Assembly: GCA_964247055.1 (NCBI GenBank)
Contig: OZ176051.1
Location: 12,462,001 to 12,526,000, forward strand
DNA length: 64,000 nucleotides
Reading direction: 5' to 3'
Source of the DNA: Paragordius varius
Lineage: Eukaryota; Animalia; Nematomorpha
Shown: piece by piece, positions 1 to 11,902 of the stretch
Position numbering within the stretch: position 1 is the stretch's first letter
Layout: each line of letters begins with the position of its first letter
The notes under the pieces: model-generated
Database searches by the model: none
Told to the model about the DNA's origin: nothing
What the model saw: the letters and a program-made list of their open reading frames with translations, nothing else
Position numbers and translations under genes: made by a program

Positions 1-147
1 AATTACTTATATTTATTTGCATTTTTAAAAAATATTGTCAAAAATTAAGATAAAACCATAAAGATATATATATTTTATATTAATAATAAGTTATATGAGC
101 CCGAAAACGCATAATTTATTTTTAGGGTGAATTTGAATTGTAAATGG
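1..147. mobile_element. Right end of a TA-flanked MITE (family A, CCATTTACA termini), cut by the window edge
   Basis: Ends ...agggtgaatttgaattgtaaatgg|TA, matching the right termini of the copies at 23532-23777 and 39591-39818; internal sequence also matches. Confidence 0.8.
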
Positions 148-458
148 TATATTTCTAATAAATGTTCAGTATATGCGTTTTAATTTAAAAGTATCCTCAT
201 CATTAAGTAATATCGTATGTGCAAACATTTGAAACATAAATTGTTTAAATGTTTAATCATTATTATCATGGAGTAACAATAATACTGCTGATAAAATTAA
301 CATACTTTTTTCATAAATTTCGCTCTAAGTAAGCGTTTTAAACTACAATGCATTATCTTTGTTTTATATCAAATTAATGTCCCATATTTTTTTTGTATGA
401 AATTTAGGATACTCTCTTTCTTAATTAAAATAAAATTTTAAATAACACATATACTCAC

Positions 459-3400
459 CTCTGGACATAGTGTCATATTAATAACGTGGGCGCCCCACCA
501 ATTGTACATTTTGCTTTCGGCCCGAGTCGAATACCGCGGCCCATCTATCGTTATAGCTGTTCCTTTGGAATGGAATGAAAATTCCAATTCTTTAGCGCAT
601 TGTTTGAAAACCTGATAAGTTTAATTTAAAATATAAATAAACGTAAATAATAATAAATGCCACCATATTTACACTCTAAAACGTTTTGATTTTAACATAT
701 ACCCTAAATGATTGTAATTGTGAAGTGTGATTAAGAGTGTAATCAATTTTTATCCCTATTAATCTTTTCACAACCTAAAACCATTGGTTACATTTAAATA
801 AAAATTTATAATTACCTATAAGAAAACATTTTATTTTTATTATTACAATTTTTACTGTGTCTGTTTATGATATATTAGTCTGTCATATTTAGGAATAACT
901 TAGTTTTTAGAAACAAGCGCATAGAGCCGGCCCTCAGAAAATAATTTATGACTTCAAACCAAGTTTTTAAGGATGTTATTAAAACATAAAATATGAATTT
1001 TTATCGACTACTAAATAATTTGGAAAATTACCTTATTATTATAAAAAACTGAGATATAAATTCCCTGCATTAAAAGATATAAATACAGTAGATAGTGTCA
1101 TGCATTAGCTTTCAGAATATAAACTTGGAGACGCCATATAAGACAGATAAATATCAAAAAAATTTGGTAAACGTTATTCGGTTAAAAAATATATACTGAC
1201 ATTTATTAATTTTTTATAGCATGTAGTGAGATGGTTAAATTTTTTTATAGTATATTATTATATATAGGCAAGGGAGAATCAAATAACAACAGATTAATAT
1301 TATGTCATAAATATGAGAAAATTATTATAATGCAAAAATTATATATATATCAAATCAAATTTGTGTTAATTTAATTATGATACACGTTAATTTTTTTAGC
1401 AAAAAATATGGGCCTAATTTCATTTAAAAGCTTTGAAATTAATTTTATTTTGACAATGCCAGCCAAAGTAATTTTAATTTTAAATTAGTTTTTTGTTAAA
1501 CTAATGTCAAACAAATTCAAGATTTTCCAAAAAATTAACCCTACAAAAATAATCTGTCAAATACTTAAATCAACAAATGAAAGCAGGTCTCATCCTCCCA
1601 ACTTTAAAACATTATAATTCCATTCTGAATATTATATATAACTGATATAAGCAATTTTAATTGGCGTAATAATAAGAAAGGTTCAAAGCTAGTCGGATTA
1701 TTGAAAAAAAAGTGTCACAATTTTGTGTAAATATTTTTTTTATATTTTCAGTTTAATTCTGTCAAATTTTATTTTTTTTATTCCATAGAGAGTTTATATG
1801 TTCGATTCTGTAAATTTACCATATTATCACGTTAAAATTATATCTTATCTCAATAAAAAGGCTAATGCATCCATTAAAGTTTTAATAATTTAAATATTTT
1901 ATACTTAAGGCGTTATTATTCAGATGGTTAACTAAATTTTGACATGCCTTTATTGTATAAAATAGTAAATTTTGATTAAATGGCGAATTTTTTTAAAGCT
2001 CATCAGATATTAGTAAGAAATTTGTATTTCAATTATTCTAACATATTCTCCATCTTTTTAAGAAAAAATGTAATTAATTAATTAAATAATTATAATTTTT
2101 ATTATTAATATTTTACCATTAGACATATGAACCAATTCTGTATGAGTTATCTATCCATCATATTTTGCTAATATTGACTATTATTTTAAAGTTAATCAAT
2201 CTCAAGTGGCTTTAATCTTGATGGTTATCATTTTCAAAAATATATAATGGTTTTATGGTTTCCAAAATATATTAAATAAAAATGAATAATCAATCACCAA
2301 TCAAATGTAAATCAAACTTTTTTCCAATATCTTTTATAACGTTTTTTTTATTACGAACCATTTTTGTATCGTTTGCACTAATATTTTGAAATTAGTATAT
2401 ATATCGAATGAATAATATAGGAATGATCTTAATTGTGTTTTGTTAATATTAAAATTTTCCGCACCAAAGTTAATAATAGAAAATGGATACCTAACACATA
2501 TAAAAATTTTGTGCTTTTGTAAATATAAGTCCTTCACAGGTTTTTTCAATTTAGAAAATTAAAATTATTCAGTTGTTGTTGATATTAATAATGCTAAAAG
2601 TGTGAATCATTTAAGCTATGATATTTCAACTGGAAGAAAAACCCATAATATGATTAAATTAAGGAAATTATCTCTAATTCACAATAATAAAACCATATTT
2701 GACACTTTATTTATTTATAAAAAAAAGCATTATAAATGTATAAAAATTTTCAGATTACCGTGTGGTATGGAGTTACAATTAAATAATTTTGGCTATATCT
2801 TATTAGTAATATAATGATAACGCGATTAATCATTCATTTTTATAACGTTTTAAGTCAATGTAAACATTATTCATTATATTTTTCATTAGCCTCAAATTTC
2901 ATTGTTGTCCTTAAATTATGAGATAATTCGATTGCCATTTATGTAGTAGAGTTGGAACCCCGAAACTATGCAATTTTTCCATCATCACTGTCAGTCTTGG
3001 GCAGGTGAGTGTTAAAGCCTTCATATGTCTCCGGATACAATTTAAGTCCTTAACCATTAATACAAAAAAAGGAAAAAAGAGACTATAAACTATATATATT
3101 TATGTACCAATGATAAGATTTTGCTTATTTGCTCTTTCAAGAAATATCTGCCTGATGAATTATGTTAAAAGATCAGTTACATAAAAAATTTGATCTTATT
3201 AGTATTGAAGAAATGAGTATTGGGACAAAGAAGTATTGATTGATTTATGAACATCATCAAAGGTATGAAAAACAGATTTTGTGAATATATAATCCTGAGG
3301 AAAACATTAAATCGTGCTTAGCCTCAAAACAATGACCGATATGAGACCGCTTGGGTTCCATTATTTGATAGCTAAATCAATTACCAATGAAAAACATAAT

Positions 3401-6400
3401 TCCTTCCAAAAATATTTTAACCGATTATTTCAATGTATTTTGACGAATACAATCTATCAGGCAGATATATTATGAGAGCAAATCACCGAAATCGTATCAT
3501 TGAACAATTTTATCTTACACAAATGGCAATCGAATTATAATAGTTCCTTTAGAGAGCAATAAAAAATATAGTGAATAGTGTAAGGTGTGTGGACATCAAA
3601 ATCCTACCTCCACCTCCACGTGGTGATGTCCGGAAACTTACACCATGTGTAAGGCCAACGGAGAAGGTCGATTTGAGAAAATCGTAGTCTTTTTAGACAT
3701 TCTCTAGCCTGGTGCAGCGAATAAGGTACCCTCACCTCTGAGTTAAAGGGGTTGGTTTATAAGGGCATATAATCCGTAAAACCTTGCCTCAAATTACAAA
3801 ACCATGAAGAAACGACTTACAAAAATGATTGATGATAATAAAACCTCTATTTCAAAACGAAATTTTAATTTTAATATAAATGATAATATATATTATGATA
3901 ATGCTAAATACAAATTACATAAATAATAGAAATAAAAATAATTCTAAAACAATAATAAATAAACCAGGTACAAATGAACAACCAAAAATAAAAATAAGAT
4001 ACAATAATCTAAATAAAAACTTCAAATCTATATCGGAACCATTTAAAATTGGCTCTTGGAATGTTGGAACAATGGTTAATAAGCAATGGCTGGTAATAGA
4101 TACGGTGCGAAACTTAGATTTAAACATATGCTGTTTACAAGAAACTCGATATAAAAATGCAGGTATAAAACACTTTGATGGTTATTCATTACTATACCAA
4201 GGTGGGAACAAAGGACAATCTGGCGTCGCTATAATGATGAAAGAAACACATCGACAAAACCTAATTACCGTGACCCGTCACAGTGATAGAATTATTCAAG
4301 CTAGAATGATATACAACAAATTGATCCTCAATATTATTTCCGTATATGCACCCCAAAAAGGCTTGCCCGATAAATGCAAGCTGGATTTTTGGGATCAGCT
4401 CTATCAAATATGTTCCAATATACCCGAAACAGACTGTATAATGATTGGAGGAGATTTAAATGCACATGTTGGAAGCAGCGAAGGTTTTTCTGGTATACAT
4501 GGAGGATACAACTTTGATAATCGGGACAAAGAAGGAGAAAATGTCTTAGAATTCTGTGCAGCTCAGCGACTACAGTTAGCAAACACTTTATTCACCAAAA
4601 GCAAAAATAAACTGATTACATACACTTCTGGCAATAATAATACAACAATAGACTACATCCTAACTAGCCAACACATTCGAAAATATCTGGTAAATACAAC
4701 CACTTATAACTCTGAAACACAGCATAAAGTTTTAACATCAATTTTCAAATTTAACTCAAGGCCTTTTAATCATAGAACCAAACCTAAACTTAATATACAC
4801 AAGTTTAAAAAACCTGATATAATGAATAATTTCAAAAAGTCGCTTAACTTAAACATTGATAATCTTGACGTTGAAGACTCCTGGCAAAGTCTAAGAAGCA
4901 ATACGATTGAAAATGTAGAAAAATGGTGTGGTAGAAGAAAGAGCAAAGCCCAAAAGAAATGGTGGTGGGACGATGCAATTAAGCCATTACTTAAAGAAAA
5001 GGCGCGTTTGTATAAAAAATGGAAGAAATCGAAAACAGAAAACGACAAAACTGAGTATTATAAATACAACAAAAAGGTTCAAAAGGAAATTAATAAATTA
5101 ATGAATGAAAAGGCTAAAGATACTGCCGATAAATTGGAAAAGGAAATCCAAAATAATAAAATTTTTAAACATATGAAACTTTACAATAATAACAAAAAAG
5201 ATATACCAACGATTAAATGTATAAAAGATAATAATAATAATTTACAAATACAACCAGAATTAATTAAATCGATATGGCAAAAATATATGGAGCAAAATCT
5301 AAACACCCCTTTAACACCCATAATAAATTCTGACCGAGATCCCTGTTGTGGCCCATTAAATACATTCACAATACAAGAAATTGAGATTGCTTTAGACCAA
5401 ATGAAATCAAACAAGGCTTCGGGCCCTAGTGAACTATGTTTTGATATCATTAAATTAATACCCAATATAACCATGCTTCTAACAAATTTATTTAACAAAA
5501 TAATAGTTGAAATGAAAATACCCAAAGATTGGGAAAAAAGCATTATATTTCCCATTTTCAAAAATAAAGGAGATATCCTAACCTGTTCCTCATACAGGCC
5601 CTTAAAACTTCTTGAACATGGGTTAAAAATTTTTGAAATGTGCCTCAAAAATCGTATCGTCCAGCTCATATCAATTAATCCAATGCAATTCGCCTTTTCA
5701 GCGGGCAAAAGCACAATCGATCCAATTTTCCTACTCAGACAATTACAAGATAAATACCGAGCAAAAGGTCGTAAACTATTCCACCTTTTTGTCGATTTAG
5801 AAAAGGCTTACGACTCAGTACCTAGAGCACTAATAATAGAATCACTGCGCTACAACAACGTAGATGAATATACCATTAAGTTAATTATGTTAATCTACAC
5901 TAACTCAATCAGTTGTGTTCTTACTCCTGTTGGGAATTCAGAGTATTTTAGTATAAATACTGGGCTGCATCAGGGATCTGTCCTTAGCCCACTTCTTTTT
6001 ATAGCTATAATTGATTACATAACAAAAGATATGAGAGAAGGTCTGCCTTATGAAATTCTTTATGCAGACGACCTCATAATCACTGCAGAAGATATTTCAA
6101 TACTCGAAAATAAATATCTTATATGGTCAAAACAATTACATAAATACGGTCTTAAAATCAATACAAACAAAACTAAAATTCTAATCACAGGAGATGAACA
6201 TAAAACTATAAAGTTCCCATGCCCAGTGTGCTCCACTGAGGTAAAACTAAACTCACTTTGTTGTACAAAATGCAGAAATTGGGTCCATAAAAAATGTTCC
6301 AACATAAAAGGAAAGTTAATTAATAATAATAATTTCATCTGCATACCATGTGCTTCATCAATACCACAGCCAATATCGAATCCACGTACTATAAACTTTA

Positions 6401-9146
6401 ATGGAGATAAACTAGAAGTGGTAACATCTTTCCCATATCTGGGCGATTATATAGCATCTGATGGTTCTTTGAGGGATGCCATTTCTCATAGAATCAGACA
6501 AGGATGGGCCAAATTCAATCAATTAAAATATATTTTAACTAATAAAAATATCAAATCGAATCACAAGATAAAGATTTACAAAATGGGAATAAGACCAGCT
6601 ATGACATACGCTACAGAAACCTGGGCCCTTACAGCAACAGACCTAAATAGACTTACTAGAGCTGAAAATCACATGCTCAAAATCTGCAACAATAATTTTG
6701 ATAATACCATAGAAGAAGATGAACCCATAGCTTTATTCATCCAGCGCAATCGATTGCGATATTACGGACATATTCAACGTATGAATTCCGATAACTGGGT
6801 CCAAAAAATACAACATTTAAATATACCCGGCCCAAACAGAAAAGGCCGCCCTAAGCTCACATGGTCCAAACAGCTGACCCAAGATCTATCACACTTCAAT
6901 ATTGAACACGAACAAGTCTTTGATAGGACATTGTTCAGGAAGTTGGTGCATGGAAACCCCAGATACCCTGGGACCTAAAATGAATGGATGGATGGATGGA
7001 TGTAAGGTGTGTAAAGATATACATGGATTAAAGGGTAACAAAAATTTGAGTAAGTATACATGTTAATTATTGCCAAATAGTAAATACAACAAAGGGCAGT
7101 ATTATTGGCTAATTTAATGATAAAAAAAGAAAAAAATAACTATAAGCCAATTATACTCCCCTTTGTTGTATTTACTATTTGGTAATAATTAATAACTTTC
7201 TAGCAATATACTTATTCATACTACAATTTGCGCAATGTGTTGTTTTTATATGTCAATTCAAATACTAAGTAAGGATATAGGCTTAGGCATTATTAATTAA
7301 GAATTATTTAAACAATATATTTGTAATAACCTTTTAGATATTTTAGTTTTTAGTATTATATAGCGTTAAAACCCTATTACTTTATAAAATTCATGCTTCC
7401 AACTATTAAAATTTATAAAGGCTTTTATAACCCCCCAAAAACACTATGTATACACAGTAAAAATATAAAAACATCCAGCTAACATTGGAATTATTTACAT
7501 ATAAATATTTTTTCCTAAACTTTAAAAATAAACTAAGAGGACAAATTTTATAAAATAATTGATTGTTTATATTTTTTATTGTTAAAAATATAAGGTTTAT
7601 AAATTTTAAACAAAAACCACCACCATTAATAAAAACATGCCTTTTACCGCATATAAAACCAATAAATTTTGTTATGTACCAAGAGGATATGTATCTTACA
7701 TATATAAAAAAATCAATATATTTTCTAGGAAATTAAAGTTTTAAACTAAAACCATTATTTTACAATATACATTCCCATAATAATATAGCAATCATAATTA
7801 TAATAATTAATTTTAAGGCAGAGATGGAAAAATATAAAATTATCATAAAAAATGAATAATTTTTATGATGAAACCTCTCTAGTTTTTGGACAAAACGGTT
7901 CCGCTAAGGGGAAATGCAAGACTCCAGTTTTATCATGACCTTGATAAAAGGTACTGATACGTTGGGTCGTCCTAATAATAAATGTTACAAGAAATTTGTA
8001 AAGACTAAGTTTTTCTCCCTTAGAAATCCAAATATATACAACTGTAAAGAAAAAATATGGCAAATTTTTTTGAAATGACATCTGTTATAACTTATTAGTT
8101 TAAATCATGGTAGTGCAATCAATTGTACATTTTTCAATTAAATTAAATGGTAAATGGGAAATAAGTTAAAAAAAGTATATGTGTTGTCTTTTGAAAAAAA
8201 TAATTGTCATAATGTTTTTACTATATTTTATGTCAATAATATTAATTTTTAATACTCGATCTAACCACCTTTGTAAATGCAATAGAAATGAAATAAAAGC
8301 TTATATAACCAAAGAGTAAAAAGGGTTATAAATTGTTGATTGAATTTAATTTATGAAAAACCATATTTTTTAATAAAAATCAGGTTATTTTATGAGCGAT
8401 TTCCTCACACACATATACATATATAAGCCGAATCCACAATCCTCATAAAGGTGTAAAAAAAGAATTATTATCACCGCAACTTAAATACTTTGAAAAAATT
8501 ATTTATATAAGTTGTTTATTCAATAGAATTTATCCCTTATACGATAACCTTAAAAACCAATTAAAATTTGGCATTGATAAAGAGATTTAGGCATTAATTA
8601 TTCATTAATTAATAATTTAAATATCTTTGTCGTATAAAAATCTCATGACTCTTATAATAAAATTTTAAAATCAAGTTGAACAAAATTGAATAATTAGTAA
8701 ACATATAACCTATCAATAAATTGGTCAATAAAAACGAGTTGTCCTGGTTTTATATTATCTTGCAAAGAACCACAAGCAGAAGAAACAATCACATGAGTAC
8801 ATCCTTGCATACGGAGAGCAAAAATATTGGCTCGATAATTTATGTATGATGGTGGGATGTTATGTTCCTTCCCATGCCTGTTTTACATAATATATAGTAA
8901 ATTTGTTTTTAAAAAAAAGGCCTACTACAAAAAGAATAATGGCAATTAAAAAACCTGGGCAGCAATACGCAATCCACTCCACAGATTTTCCCAACCGTTA
9001 AATCATCCGAAGGTTTGCCAAAAGGCGTATCGACGGAAATAACTTTTTTATCTTGGATCAAAGTTGCATCATCCAACCCAGAGCCACATATAAGACCAAT
9101 CTTTTAATAAAAACTGAAAAGAAACTTTTATTGGTATTTGGGTCAT
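459..9146 (-). CDS. MTAP: S-methyl-5'-thioadenosine phosphorylase, exons 1-5; continues beyond the left edge
   Basis: Exons 9126-9146 (MTQIPIK), 8955-9100 ([11 protein letters not shown]...DTPFGKPSD...DCVLLPR), 8710-8877 (HG...NYRANIFAL...SACGSL...DQFIDR), 7875-7971 (TTQR...[11 protein letters not shown]), 459-611 ([12 protein letters not shown]...[13 protein letters not shown]). All introns are GT-AG with consistent phases, and the motifs match MTAP. Confidence 0.95.
2905..3560. mobile_element. Degenerate inverted-repeat (MITE/foldback-like) element
   Basis: ataattcgattgccattt (~2923-2940) is the reverse complement of aaatggcaatcgaattat (~3521-3538). 3108-3160 is approximately the reverse complement of 3450-3503. 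The left arm is interrupted by ~150 bp flanked by tttatgta direct repeats. Confidence 0.5.
3591..3663 (+). ncRNA. HDV-like self-cleaving ribozyme at the 5' end of the RTE element
   Basis: P1 GGACATC (3591-3597)/GATGTCC (3625-3631); P2 CTCC (3608-3611)/GGAG (3660-3663); P3 ACC/GGT with L3 TCCACGT; P1.1 GG (3632-3633); P4 CTTACAC/GTGTAAG; J4/2 GCCAAC with candidate catalytic C3655. Same layout as the antigenomic HDV ribozyme. Confidence 0.88.
3804..3926 (+). CDS. 40-aa upstream ORF overlapping the start of the RTE ORF in another frame
   Basis: accATG at 3804 reads [40 protein letters not shown], ending at 3926, and overlaps the main ORF that starts at 3880. Confidence 0.45.
   Translation: MKKRLTKMIDDNKTSISKRNFNFNINDNIYYDNAKYKLHK
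3880..6978 (+). CDS. RTE-type polyprotein, 1032 aa: APE endonuclease, reverse transcriptase and an inserted PHD-type zinc finger
   Basis: APE motifs IGSWNV, CCLQET, IISVYAP, GGDLNAH, IDYIL, TQH. RT motifs [26 protein letters not shown]4HC3 motif at 6220-6351. No stops or frameshifts. Confidence 0.97.
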   Translation: MIIYIMIMLNTNYINNRNKNNSKTIINKPGTNEQPKIKIRYNNLNKNFKSISEPFKIGSWNVGTMVNKQWLVIDTVRNLDLNICCLQETRYKNAGIKHFDGYSLLYQGGNKGQSGVAIMMKETHRQNLITVTRHSDRIIQARMIYNKLILNIISVYAPQKGLPDKCKLDFWDQLYQICSNIPETDCIMIGGDLNAHVGSSEGFSGIHGGYNFDNRDKEGENVLEFCAAQRLQLANTLFTKSKNKLITYTSGNNNTTIDYILTSQHIRKYLVNTTTYNSETQHKVLTSIFKFNSRPFNHRTKPKLNIHKFKKPDIMNNFKKSLNLNIDNLDVEDSWQSLRSNTIENVEKWCGRRKSKAQKKWWWDDAIKPLLKEKARLYKKWKKSKTENDKTEYYKYNKKVQKEINKLMNEKAKDTADKLEKEIQNNKIFKHMKLYNNNKKDIPTIKCIKDNNNNLQIQPELIKSIWQKYMEQNLNTPLTPIINSDRDPCCGPLNTFTIQEIEIALDQMKSNKASGPSELCFDIIKLIPNITMLLTNLFNKIIVEMKIPKDWEKSIIFPIFKNKGDILTCSSYRPLKLLEHGLKIFEMCLKNRIVQLISINPMQFAFSAGKSTIDPIFLLRQLQDKYRAKGRKLFHLFVDLEKAYDSVPRALIIESLRYNNVDEYTIKLIMLIYTNSISCVLTPVGNSEYFSINTGLHQGSVLSPLLFIAIIDYITKDMREGLPYEILYADDLIITAEDISILENKYLIWSKQLHKYGLKINTNKTKILITGDEHKTIKFPCPVCSTEVKLNSLCCTKCRNWVHKKCSNIKGKLINNNNFICIPCASSIPQPISNPRTINFNGDKLEVVTSFPYLGDYIASDGSLRDAISHRIRQGWAKFNQLKYILTNKNIKSNHKIKIYKMGIRPAMTYATETWALTATDLNRLTRAENHMLKICNNNFDNTIEEDEPIALFIQRNRLRYYGHIQRMNSDNWVQKIQHLNIPGPNRKGRPKLTWSKQLTQDLSHFNIEHEQVFDRTLFRKLVHGNPRYPGT

Positions 9147-9264
9147 TTGAATTGAAGCGTTACAGCTGTTAATAGTAATCTGATATCTAGAATCTAAAAT
9201 TTTCCGTATAGATATATATTTATAATTGAAAATTGTATTAATATTTATTACAGGATGAATTTAA

Positions 9265-9812
9265 CACTTCAAATTGGGGTATCCAAATACCCCAGACTAA
9301 ATTTGAGTTGGGATTTTTAAAAACCTCAAGGAACCGGTCCCAATTTAAATTTATGCTTCTAGCCAAAATATCTAAATAAAATTTTGTTTTGAAAAAAAAG
9401 TTTTATGTCAAACTACTTCGACGCCATTTTTATTTTACAAAATATTTGCAAAATGTCGTCTTCATATAGTGTTAAAGGTAAAATTAAAGCTAATTTTTTA
9501 TTTAAATTACATCTACCATTGATAGAAATAGAAAAAGCGGTTAATTTTGTATTATTTTTCAATTTTACCATCGCACATATGTCACGTTGCCTAAATTTTA
9601 CCTTTCGGTTTTATCTTAAAATAAGTAATATGAAGTATTTTTGAATAAAATTTTTTATATATTTCGGTTTATTAATGTTATATAAGAGCAAAATTTTTCC
9701 ATAGTTTTGATTCCTCCATACTTTTTAAAGTATTTGATTTTAGACAGGCCTGGGGTATCCAACTACCCCAATTCGATCCGAAGGACTAAAATGAGTGTCT
9801 TGTATCCAAGTG
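9265..9812 (+). mobile_element. piggyBac-like MITE (family D)
   Basis: TTAA|CACTTC...CAAGTG|TAAA, with subterminal inverted repeats containing GGGGTA...TACCCC. Lies about 120 bp upstream of the MTAP ATG. Confidence 0.75.
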
Positions 9813-9854
9813 TAAAAGAATAAATATGATTTTTAAATTAGTATGTGTGTAAAA

Positions 9855-10179
9855 AATTTTGACTTTAAGGGTTGAAAATTTTGACCATATAAACCCAAAT
9901 AACTTTTGCATCAAATTGATTTAAAAAAACTTCTTCCACTCGAAAGATAGTTTTACGCGCTTTTTTAAATCATATATGATACATTGCTCTATATCTAAAA
10001 CTTTTAATTTTGAAAATTTTGAGTTTAATGTTAAATCGGGGACAAAAAATATCAAACCCTAATAAAATAAATTTTTAGGTATTGGACCAATTTCTTTACA
10101 GATATACTCTTTAAGTACTTTAATGAAATAAAAATTTCCAAGAATGGCAGTTAAAAAAAGTCAAAATTTGTTGTTAGTG
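9855..10179 (+). mobile_element. Right-hand fragment of the TIR element also found at 58013-59134
   Basis: Collinear similarity to ~58800-59134, ending aagaatggcagttaaaaaaagtcaaaatttgttgttagtg. Confidence 0.75.
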
Positions 10180-11288
10180 TTATGATGAAGCATATTGAGA
10201 TCGTTTATCTCAGTAGTTTTTTAAAATTATCAAGTTAAATATAGTCTCGGGTATTTAAATACCCCAATTTGAATAGATATGAATAGTAGGAATTATACTT
10301 CAAAAAAGTATGCATTTTTTAAAAATATTTTTTTGCCAAAATTTAGCATATTTTCAAAAAAATTTATGGCAGGTATTTCTACGTTTACTTTTAGCCCGTT
10401 TTAGAGGAGAAGAAAATTTTTAGTCTGAGCCCACATCTACAAACCAAAATATGATAAAAATTTTGTTTTGGTTTCTAGTATTTAAGATTATATTTTGGTG
10501 ATTTTGGAATGAAGCTTTAACCTTTAAAAAAAATATTAGAAAAAATATCGTGGAATTTTGCAATTTTTTGATATTGGATTTAGCAATAAATTGTAATAGC
10601 CTCTTAATACAATCGTGAAGGCCAAAACCAAAAGCACCCTGATAATTCTGTTAAACATTTCGATCAGAATGTATTTATTTCATCAGGATAATTTTTCATG
10701 ACCCCTTATTTTGTAGACTGTGTAATTAATGATGATGAACATTTTTTACAAATGAAAATTATATTTGTAAATTTTTATCGTCCACGATGTCTGGTTAATT
10801 TAAATATTCTTTTCATCAGATATTTATTTAAAATTGGCAAACAGTTATTCTCATATAGGTTGATAATATGTTTATCGTCACATATATATATAGATATTTA
10901 TCTATTATCTTTAAAAATATTTTCTAGCGTTTTTACCAGGCTCCATAAAATACGGTCCGAAATCATGCTAAAAAAATTTAGAGGAGTATTTATTTATGAT
11001 TTTTTTTGTCTAAACACTTTAATACATTTTGGGTAGTTTTCTCTTCCAGGCAATAATTATCTGAAAAAGTATTTACATATGAACGAAATATATGTAAAGC
11101 CTTTTAAGCGCATACTTGGAAAAATTTATAAAAAATTTAAAAATTACTCCTTAGTCATATTTTTGGTAATTTATATTATAGATATTACGACAAATAAAAT
11201 TACGATTAAAAAATGCAAATTGATAACTTTGGAGAGCTTTGAGACTACATTCCAACACTCGTATTTTATAAATCAGCTGTCTATTTAA

Positions 11289-11870
11289 CACTTCGATTCA
11301 AATTGGGGTATCTAAATACCCCAGACTAAATTTAAATTAAAATTTTTAAAAAACTACTGAAAGAAACGGTCCCAATTTAAATTTATGCTTCTATCCTGAT
11401 AAATATTATATAAATATGCCAAAACATCTTGATAAAATTTTGTTTTGAAAAAAAAGTTCCATCTCAAACTACTTCGACGCCATTTTGTTTTTACAAAAAA
11501 TTTGCAAAATATCGTCTTCATTTAATTTTAAGGGTAAAACTAAAGCTTATTTTTTATATAAATTACATCTAACATTGATAGAAATAGAAAAATCTATTTA
11601 TTTTGTATTATTTTTCAATTTTACCATTGCACGCATGTCACGATGACGAAATTTTTACCTTTCAGTTTTAGCTTAAAATAAGTAATATCAAGTATTTTTG
11701 AATAAAATTTTTTATATATTTCCGTTTATTAATGTTATATAAGTGCAAAATTCTGCCATGGTTTCGATTGCTTCCATATTTTTTAAAGTATTTGATTTTA
11801 AACAGGCCTGGGGTATCCAACTACCCCAATTTGAATCGAAGGACTAAAATGAGTGTGTTGTATCCAAGTG
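11289..11870 (+). mobile_element. piggyBac-like MITE (family D), complete
   Basis: TTAA on both sides (11285-11288, 11871-11874), CACTT/AAGTG termini and asymmetric subterminal inverted repeats. Confidence 0.85.
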
Positions 11871-11902
11871 TTAAATGGTATTTCGTAGCTGTGCCAATTT
11901 AA

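Larger units (their letters stand above)
3591..7000 (+). mobile_element. Full-length RTE-clade non-LTR retrotransposon, antisense within MTAP intron 4
   Basis: Direct repeat TGTAAGGTGTGT at 3579-3590 and 7001-7012 (TSD; the first 2 nt are shared with the tail). Single long APE+RT ORF, very short 3' UTR and a (TGGA)n tail at 6981-7000. Confidence 0.95.

Noticed and set aside
3915-6344. Several minus-strand ORFs (70-177 aa) over the retrotransposon
   Set aside because: Antisense shadows of the long RT ORF with no recognisable motifs.
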